Positions 54,248 to 61,053 of a stretch of 64,000 nucleotides of DNA are shown piece by piece. Both the position numbers and the translations under genes were made by a program. Under the pieces are notes generated by a model, which made no database searches, was not told the origin of the DNA, and saw only the letters and a program-made list of their open reading frames with translations. Position 1 is the first letter of the stretch. Every line of letters starts with the position of its first letter. The DNA is from Blastocystis sp. Blastoise (Eukaryota; Protista; Bigyra: Opalinata): NCBI GenBank assembly GCA_039096225.1, contig JBBPEB010000020.1, forward strand, positions 434,001 to 498,000. The letters run 5' to 3'.

Positions 54248-55183
54248 ATGAAAAATACAAATTATGACAAGTATCTTTTGGTTATACAGAATTCAAATTA
54301 TTCTGATATTTGGAAAAAACGTTTAACCAATTATTTCAATTTATATATTTTCCCATTACCATTTAAAAAGTTCTCAGAATTCTTAAAGAATCCTTATTCA
54401 TTCATGGATTATATGGTAAATGAACGTAAAATCAAAATTAGTCCAATGAAATCGTTATGTGAATTGATATTATTTATTATACGTAATGTTTCTTCATTAA
54501 ATAAAGAAGGTATTTTGAATAAATGGTGTGAATTTTATGTGATTATCAATTCAATGTATGAAAAATATCTGGATAATAAGAAACGTACTTTAATTCAAGA
54601 TCTTATTAAAGATGGTATTACGACTCCATATTTACATGAATATCACGATAAATTAGAAAATTATAATCCATTACGATTAATATTAGATTTTTACTCCTAT
54701 CTTCCTCCTGCTCGTGCTGATTATGCTCAATTATTCATTCTATCACCAGAAGATACTATTGATCCAGCTATTCATAAGAATTATATTGTTTATGATAAAG
54801 AGAAACATACTGGTTCTATTCTATTAAATGATTATAAAACTGCTGGTAAATACTCTACAATTCAATTAGATGCACCAAAAGAATTGATTGAAGATCTAGA
54901 ATTACTCTTAAAAAGAAATCCAAATCGTAAATTTATATTTGAATCTTCTGTAAGAACTGGATTTACTACTAAAGCATTTGATTGGTTTGTGAATAAGCAT
55001 TTAAAACAAATCCATCCAAAATTAACCATTAATGCATTAAGAAAATTATATGCTACAACTACAACCAATACATTCCAAGATATAGAAAATTCTGCTTCTG
55101 CTTTATGTCATAATGATTATACACATATTAATTCTTATGTATCTTTAGAAAATAATAATTTATTTAAAAAATTAATTGAATAA
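54248..55183 (+). CDS. Tyrosine recombinase/integrase (virophage/PLV/NCLDV type)
   Basis: LPPARADY (R), LNDYKTAGKY (K), TINALRKLYA (xxR), LCH (H), INSY (Y nucleophile). Confidence 0.88.
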   Translation: MKNTNYDKYLLVIQNSNYSDIWKKRLTNYFNLYIFPLPFKKFSEFLKNPYSFMDYMVNERKIKISPMKSLCELILFIIRNVSSLNKEGILNKWCEFYVIINSMYEKYLDNKKRTLIQDLIKDGITTPYLHEYHDKLENYNPLRLILDFYSYLPPARADYAQLFILSPEDTIDPAIHKNYIVYDKEKHTGSILLNDYKTAGKYSTIQLDAPKELIEDLELLLKRNPNRKFIFESSVRTGFTTKAFDWFVNKHLKQIHPKLTINALRKLYATTTTNTFQDIENSASALCHNDYTHINSYVSLENNNLFKKLIE

Positions 55184-55256
55184 TTTTATGTTTTCATGTT
55201 TGTTTTGCTTTAATTTTGAATATAACTAAACAACTAGTAATAAAAGGATATAAAAA

Positions 55257-55631
55257 TTAATTAAAAGGTAAGAAAGATAGATTATTATTATTATTTTGAT
55301 ATTGATTTTGTTGTTGATTACTTTTCATAGTTGGCATAAACATATTATTGGGTTGAATAAGATTCTTATCATCTTGATATTGATTCTCATTCTTCATATA
55401 TTGTTTATCCAATAACATTTCAAGACGTTGATGAATCACAGGATCATCTATATAAAGTAACATATTTCTACAATAACTCAATTGCAAATCACTAAGATTT
55501 TTGTTGTTATTATTATTTAAAAATTGTTCTAATAGATTCGCTATTTCATTCTTTTTAGATTTAATTCCTTCTTCTTTTAGATTCTTCATCACACGACAAA
55601 AATAAGAATAACTAAGATATTTCTTGTTCAT
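55257..55631 (-). CDS. Hypothetical viral protein (124 aa)
   Basis: Intronless ATG ORF in the viral cluster with an HSE upstream. Confidence 0.6.
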   Translation of the reverse strand: MNKKYLSYSYFCRVMKNLKEEGIKSKKNEIANLLEQFLNNNNNKNLSDLQLSYCRNMLLYIDDPVIHQRLEMLLDKQYMKNENQYQDDKNLIQPNNMFMPTMKSNQQQNQYQNNNNNLSFLPFN

Positions 55632-55725
55632 TATTTAAATTAACCAATGATTAAACAAAACAAATTAATTATATAAAACACTAATATAATAAATTAAAGA
55701 TTCTACAAATAGAGCCAGTTCAAAA

Positions 55726-55761
55726 TGAATGTTCTAGAATGTTCTAGAACGTTTCTTGAAC
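55726..55761. promoter_or_regulatory. HSE (5 in-phase pentamers plus 2 shifted)
   Basis: tGAAt gTTCt aGAAt gTTCt aGAAc, ~95 nt upstream of ATG 55631 (-). Confidence 0.7.
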
Positions 55762-55889
55762 ATATAAAAGTAAAGTAAAATATATATAATAATAAGAACA
55801 ATTTCAATAACTGACAGTATTTCATTTACATTCTCTAAAGTTTCTGCACTACGATCTAAGTAGTAATTGCCAAATCGTTTCTTTGTCAT
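55734..55889 (-). CDS. Possible small membrane protein (51 aa from the ATG)
   Basis: MTKKRFG...ILSVIEIVLIIIYILLYFYMFKKRSRTF: one hydrophobic segment followed by a basic tail; its 3' end overlaps an HSE. Confidence 0.4.
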   Translation of the reverse strand: MTKKRFGNYYLDRSAETLENVNEILSVIEIVLIIIYILLYFYMFKKRSRTF

Positions 55890-55952
55890 AATAGTATTAA
55901 ATATTAAACAAAACAAATTAATTATACAAAATATTAATATAATAAATTAAAG

Positions 55953-55972
55953 ATTCTAGAATATTCTAGAAG
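55953..55972. promoter_or_regulatory. HSE (4 pentamers)
   Basis: aTTCt aGAAt aTTCt aGAAg. Confidence 0.6.
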
Positions 55973-55975
55973 GTT

Positions 55976-56509
55976 TTAACAAGGCATAAGATTTCCATTA
56001 GAAAGTAAATAAAGTAAAGAATAATAAAAGCAACCATTTGCATTACTTGTAGTTTTTTGGTGTTGAATAGGATTATATTGAATATTATGATTTTGAATAA
56101 ATGATTTTGAAAAAGTAGGTTCATTTCCTAATGATGAATAGTGTTCTATGTTTTTATTACCATTATAAATAACAGCTTCAAAATGACCATTATAAGGATC
56201 ACTAGGACTTTCATGAAAGATCATATTAAATTTAGTTTGATCTTGATCTATATTTTGTTCAAAATCATCATAACTATTATAATAATTATAAGATTGAGAA
56301 TTCGTTTTATTTAATTGTTTCATAACATTTTCAGCACGATCACAAGCAACAGAAGAGGTAGGTTTATTTAAATAAGCATAATTATATAATTGAGATATTA
56401 AAGAATTTGGTATATTACAATATTGAGATAGAGTTTGTTTGAAATTATCAGGGGATCTAGGAGTAACATGACGAGTTTTATCAGATATAATAGGATTATC
56501 GCAATTCAT
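55976..56509 (-). CDS. Adenain-like (CE clan) viral maturation cysteine protease
   Basis: NGHFEAVIYNGNKNIEHYSSLG ... IQYNPIQHQKTTSNANGCFYYSLLYL matches the GHW...YFDSxG...QxQ...CG pattern of Polinton/virophage/adenovirus proteases. Confidence 0.75.
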   Translation of the reverse strand: MNCDNPIISDKTRHVTPRSPDNFKQTLSQYCNIPNSLISQLYNYAYLNKPTSSVACDRAENVMKQLNKTNSQSYNYYNSYDDFEQNIDQDQTKFNMIFHESPSDPYNGHFEAVIYNGNKNIEHYSSLGNEPTFSKSFIQNHNIQYNPIQHQKTTSNANGCFYYSLLYLLSNGNLMPC

Positions 56510-56541
56510 TGAATTTTGAATAAGTTTTTCATCTTTACTCT

Positions 56542-58188
56542 TTACCAGATCCCCTCCCCTGAGTTTTTTGATAACATATACTTCTTTTTTTTCCAGAACA
56601 ATTCGTCACCTGTATTTAATGTTTCATTATTATCTATTTTCTGTTTTATAATTTGTAATTGTTTTAAATCAGCCTCTTGTATTTTACGTTTTTTTCGTGC
56701 CACTCCTGCAGGTATTATAAAATCTGTATAAAATGATACTAATGGATTCAAATCACCACCTCTTTTCTTTTTAGCTTCTTTTCCTCTTCTCATTCGTTCT
56801 AAGAATTCTGCTTTACTTAATTTAACTCGACCACCATAACCTCTACGTTTAGCTCTTCTTGCAGCTATTCGTTTATCCCTTTCATCTTCTTTCCATTTTC
56901 TATCGACTTTCTCTTTATCATTTTGAGGGAAACCATAAATCTTATAAGGATAACTTTGTTCATCACGAGGCATAGGTTTATAAGGTTGAGGAGGTTGCGA
57001 ATGTTGAGGAGGTCGAGGTTGAGTAGGTCGATCAACTTGTTGTTGTGGAGGTGGTGGAGGTTGAACAACGGGTTGTGGATGTAGTCTATCATCTTCATCA
57101 AGAGCATCTTGCATTTCATCAGCTACATCATAATATCCTTCAAACATTTTATTTATTGTATTTCCTGAACCTATTTGCTTTTTCATTTCATTTAATGCTT
57201 GTTGACGTTTTAATTTTTCCATTTCAAATTCCATATCATTTAATTCACTTGATTGTTGTGCCAAATGTGTATCATAATAAGCTTTTCTACCTTTAGCAAA
57301 AGAATCCATACCTTTATCAACTACACCTAATAGAGCTGGTGCATAATCCATTAATCCACTCCAGAATCCACCACCTCTTTTTACTCTTAATATACCATCA
57401 CCACTTTGAGCTGAATCTAAATCTATATATTTTGGTATAATAGAGGGTCTTAACATTCTTCTTAATTTTGGATTCTTAATCATTTTCTTATTTTTAATTG
57501 CATTCATAATTGCTGAAGCAACTGATATAGGAATCTTTCCACCACGTTTAATTTTATGTTCATAGAATCTTTTGAATTCATCATCAAGATCATGATGACC
57601 ATCACCAACATATTGAGCTAAAATAGCTAATGCATCACGAGCTTTTCTATTAGCTTTTTTATCTACAATAGCATCTCTTATATCTAATACATTTCGTTGA
57701 TACATATCTTTTACTTTATTTTTAATTGCATCACCAATACCAGAACCTTGATTATTCTCAAATTTATTGATTTCTGATTTATTTGGAATAATTCCTCTAC
57801 CAGATTTACGTCTTGGTTTACATGGATTTAATACTTTATATTGACGATCTTCACCATCTATTTTATCTTCTTCTGGACCAGCTGCTTTCATTACACCTTT
57901 ACCTGCTGCTCTAGCACGAATTAAAGCACCATTTCCTTGTGGAACAGCATCTTTACCAAATGTTTTAGAACGATCTACATAATCATCTTCTTTACCATCA
58001 TGTATTTCTTTACTTTCTAAAGTAGACACAGGCATAGATGAATTTGGACCTATTTCATGAAATATTGGATTATATTGATCCATTTTATGTAATGGTTGTG
58101 TATTATATCGCCTATATTCTTTTCCAGTTGAAATTAAATTCATACCAAAAGTACCAGGACTTGGCATTCCTAATATACAACTTTGCAT
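56542..58188 (-). CDS. Basic viral core/membrane-penetration polyprotein with multiple GG/GxG putative cleavage sites
   Basis: KRGG x3, GSG x2, GNG, GKG, GRG, GDG, YGG, GEG; KRGG|GFWSGLMDY amphipathic segment; adjacent to the protease gene. Confidence 0.65.
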   Translation of the reverse strand: MQSCILGMPSPGTFGMNLISTGKEYRRYNTQPLHKMDQYNPIFHEIGPNSSMPVSTLESKEIHDGKEDDYVDRSKTFGKDAVPQGNGALIRARAAGKGVMKAAGPEEDKIDGEDRQYKVLNPCKPRRKSGRGIIPNKSEINKFENNQGSGIGDAIKNKVKDMYQRNVLDIRDAIVDKKANRKARDALAILAQYVGDGHHDLDDEFKRFYEHKIKRGGKIPISVASAIMNAIKNKKMIKNPKLRRMLRPSIIPKYIDLDSAQSGDGILRVKRGGGFWSGLMDYAPALLGVVDKGMDSFAKGRKAYYDTHLAQQSSELNDMEFEMEKLKRQQALNEMKKQIGSGNTINKMFEGYYDVADEMQDALDEDDRLHPQPVVQPPPPPQQQVDRPTQPRPPQHSQPPQPYKPMPRDEQSYPYKIYGFPQNDKEKVDRKWKEDERDKRIAARRAKRRGYGGRVKLSKAEFLERMRRGKEAKKKRGGDLNPLVSFYTDFIIPAGVARKKRKIQEADLKQLQIIKQKIDNNETLNTGDELFWKKKKYMLSKNSGEGIW

Positions 58189-58263
58189 TTTTTTATTTCA
58201 ATTATAAAATTATTTATAAACAAAACAAATATATTAATAAAAAATAAATTTAACATTAAAAAT

Positions 58264-58857
58264 TTATAAATTAGTTAAATCAATAATAGTATCATTACTA
58301 TTAGTATTCTTCGTAGATTTATCGATGACTTTAATAGAACGAGCATATAAACCAATATAATACTTGTTATTATAACGATGAATACCATGTATTGTAAATA
58401 ATACTTTACATAACGTATTTGGTGGAATATACTTTTCACGTATTTCTTCGTAAGTTAACTTAGGATCTTTACCGATATTAATCTTCTTATCTCTTTTATC
58501 AGTAATATCAATAGTAACATTCTTCGATGCATTAATAGGTACTTTAATTGTAATCTTATATTTACCATTATCCATACGTACAAAATTAACAATATCACCA
58601 TCAGGACATAATTCACATAATTTACGATAAAGTTCTTTATAAGCAGTTAAGAATACTTGATTATCATCTTCAATTGTTAATAAAGTCCATTTATCACGTG
58701 TAACAATATAACCAAATAAACATGGTGTAGCATCAGTAGAAATACATACACGATGATTATTATTTAAAAGAACAGCATTTTCTTTGGTGTCATCCCATTG
58801 TAAATTAAAGTTAGAAGTATCAAGAATAGTAGGTTTTTTAAATTCAGTTGTAGACAT
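58264..58857 (-). CDS. OB-fold single-stranded DNA-binding protein (NCLDV/T7 gp2.5-like)
   Basis: TDATPCLFG...LTI...FLTAYKEL...ITIKVP...IPPNTLCKVLFTIHGIH....YIGLYARSIKV pattern of viral SSBs. Confidence 0.7.
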   Translation of the reverse strand: MSTTEFKKPTILDTSNFNLQWDDTKENAVLLNNNHRVCISTDATPCLFGYIVTRDKWTLLTIEDDNQVFLTAYKELYRKLCELCPDGDIVNFVRMDNGKYKITIKVPINASKNVTIDITDKRDKKINIGKDPKLTYEEIREKYIPPNTLCKVLFTIHGIHRYNNKYYIGLYARSIKVIDKSTKNTNSNDTIIDLTNL

Positions 58858-58933
58858 TTTTAGTTAAGTATTTAGTAAAAATATAAGTATTTTAATACTA
58901 ATATTTTACGATATTCTTTTCAAATGAATCAAT

Positions 58934-58983
58934 TTTCGAGAAGGTTCTAGAAGGTTCTAGAAGGTTCGAGAAGGTTCTAGAAA
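58934..58983. promoter_or_regulatory. HSE array (10 pentamers) upstream of the SSB
   Basis: tTTCg aGAAg gTTCt aGAAg gTTCt aGAAg gTTCg aGAAg gTTCt aGAAa, ~77 nt before ATG 58857 (-). Confidence 0.8.
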
Positions 58984-59087
58984 AAAAGAACACTTGAATA
59001 ATCTAATGGAAACATTTTAACGGAATCGAACCATGATACTGTGGTTACATATTTCTTTAATAGATCCATTAGACCATTCAAGAATTC
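58981..59087 (-). ncRNA. Candidate Pol III type-2 small RNA (VA/vault-like stem-loop, ~105 nt)
   Basis: A box TGGTCTAATGG (59076-59066), B box GGTTCGATTCC (59032-59022), 18-bp terminal stem with two G-U pairs, T7 terminator (58987-58981). Confidence 0.65.
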
Positions 59088-59177
59088 TATTTGAAACTAT
59101 TCTATTCTCCATTTAAACTTTGTGTAATTAATTTTAAAATAATAAACAAAACAAAATAATTAATTAAATAAAAATAA

Positions 59178-59705
59178 TTAATGATCAAATATTTCAGACA
59201 TAGAAGGAATAGAATATTCGGATAATAATGAAACAATTTCTTTAGAATCATCATGAATCTGTTTCAAATCTTGTTTCTGACTTTCAATCTTTGTTTTTAA
59301 ATGATCAACAGTACAATAAATACCATTTAATATATTATCAGCTGTTTCAATAGTTTGAAATAAAGATTCGAATTGACTGGATATATTTGTTAACTCCTCA
59401 TTTGTAAATAATAATGCTTGCTTATCAGGATTTGTATTTACTTGATCTTGAAATTGTATTGGTTGATTGTTAACGGAATGATATCTATCTGGATTTTTAG
59501 ATACGTAAACATCATTGATTGGATGAATTTCTTGAGGTGGATCTTCAAACATGATTTCGTCACGCGAATTAAAACAGAAATCATTATCATTGGGTAAAGC
59601 CATAGGATTTGCAGAAACACTATTTTCAAATGGATTCAACAAGGGGGATATCATGGCTTGACCGAAAGGGGATAAACTGGCAGAAAGACTATCAGGAATT
59701 TCCAT
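59178..59705 (-). CDS. Hypothetical viral protein (175 aa; acidic N-terminus, coiled-coil-like C-terminus)
   Basis: Intronless ATG ORF followed by a TTGTTTTGTTT motif. Confidence 0.7.
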   Translation of the reverse strand: MEIPDSLSASLSPFGQAMISPLLNPFENSVSANPMALPNDNDFCFNSRDEIMFEDPPQEIHPINDVYVSKNPDRYHSVNNQPIQFQDQVNTNPDKQALLFTNEELTNISSQFESLFQTIETADNILNGIYCTVDHLKTKIESQKQDLKQIHDDSKEIVSLLSEYSIPSMSEIFDH

Positions 59706-59819
59706 GATTATTTAAACCTTCAAAAGTATTTTTATACAATATATTAAATATACTATTTTTAGTGTACAGTTCTTCATTTCAGTTGCTAACAAAAGCCTAT
59801 TGCTTCCAGCTGGAAAATA

Positions 59820-59993
59820 AGCCAATAAAATAACTTATTTCGTATGACACATCGTCGTCATCGTCTAATTGTGTTTTACTAATTTTTTTATCCAATCAGA
59901 TTACAGATGCCAACTATACTCGTCATTGAAACACAAATAAAAAATGCTAAGTCGACAAAATTAGCCAATCAAATGAACCTTCTAGAACATTCC
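59820..59993. promoter_or_regulatory. Divergent promoter with three CCAAT boxes and a 4-pentamer HSE
   Basis: CCAAT at ~59822, ~59892 and ~59965; tGAAc cTTCt aGAAc aTTCc at 59974-59993. Confidence 0.6.
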
Positions 59994-60103
59994 ATAGAGA
60001 TTCTACACTGTCTCCTAGAATATTTAATATTCCATTTAAATGTATTATTTATTTCATTTTGATAAATACAAATTTTCTCTCTGTAACGATATTCGCGATT
60101 ATA

Positions 60104-60727
60104 ATGCAATTTAATCTTTCTGCTGATTCCCGTAAATGTCTTCAAACTGTTCGTATGGAACTTCTTAAGAATTCTAAGAAGGCTGTTGAAGTTCATAAGA
60201 ATGTTCTTCGTGATATTGATTTACATCAGTCTCAATTGAATAGAGAAAAGAATCTATTGGGTATTGCAAAATCTAAAGAACGTCTTGCTTCTTTCGAAGT
60301 CGAAAACTATAGATCAGCTTTAAAACGTATAAACGCGGTTATTAAAGGTCTTGAAGATTATGAAGAATTCGCTGCTGATATTTATACTCAACAACTTAAT
60401 GAAGAACAAGATATTCAAGATATTATCAATACTGAAGATCTTTTAGAAAGTGATAGAACTACTATTTTATGTTCTGAAGATTCTAAAGAACATTCGAATT
60501 CTCAAGATGATGATTTTGATATTATGAAATTCCATATGGAAGATGGATTTCTTTATGATGAAAAAGGTAAAGTTTATACTTATGAAGTTGTTCATGCTAA
60601 GAGTATTAACAAGATTAAAAGAGATCCTTCAAAACAAATGTATTTCTGGGATGGTATTTTATATGATAAGAATGGATGGCCTCATTCATGTACATATATT
60701 AATAGTCAAGAACCAATTGAAATTTAA
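60104..60727 (+). CDS. Hypothetical viral coiled-coil protein (from MQFNLS)
   Basis: Intronless ORF, heptad-like N-half, duplicated DG(F/I)LYD(E/K)xG motif at the C-terminus. Confidence 0.7.
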   Translation: MQFNLSADSRKCLQTVRMELLKNSKKAVEVHKNVLRDIDLHQSQLNREKNLLGIAKSKERLASFEVENYRSALKRINAVIKGLEDYEEFAADIYTQQLNEEQDIQDIINTEDLLESDRTTILCSEDSKEHSNSQDDDFDIMKFHMEDGFLYDEKGKVYTYEVVHAKSINKIKRDPSKQMYFWDGILYDKNGWPHSCTYINSQEPIEI

Positions 60728-60836
60728 TTATTTTTCTTGTTTATTTTTCTATTTTTACTTATAAACTTGTAAAAAATCATTGAAAATTGTTTTGTTTATT
60801 GTATATACATTTAAAACACTAAAGTATAAAAAGGAT

Positions 60837-60968
60837 GTTCTAGAAGGTTCTAGAAGGTTCTAGAATGTTCTCGAAGGTTCTAGAACATTTAAAAATATAA
60901 AGTAATATTTACTATTATAGAATGTTCTAGAAGGTTCTAGAATGTTCTTGAATGTTCTAGAAGCTTCT
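60837..60968. promoter_or_regulatory. Two HSE arrays of 10 pentamers each (60837-60886 and 60919-60968) upstream of the primase-helicase
   Basis: Perfect GAA/TTC alternation at 5-bp phase; ends 85 nt before ATG 61054. Confidence 0.8.
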
Positions 60969-61053
60969 AAAACTGACTTCTAGAATCTTTAATATATTAT
61001 TTGTTTTGAATTTTATACCATATTTATTTTCATTATTTATAAGTCAAATAATC

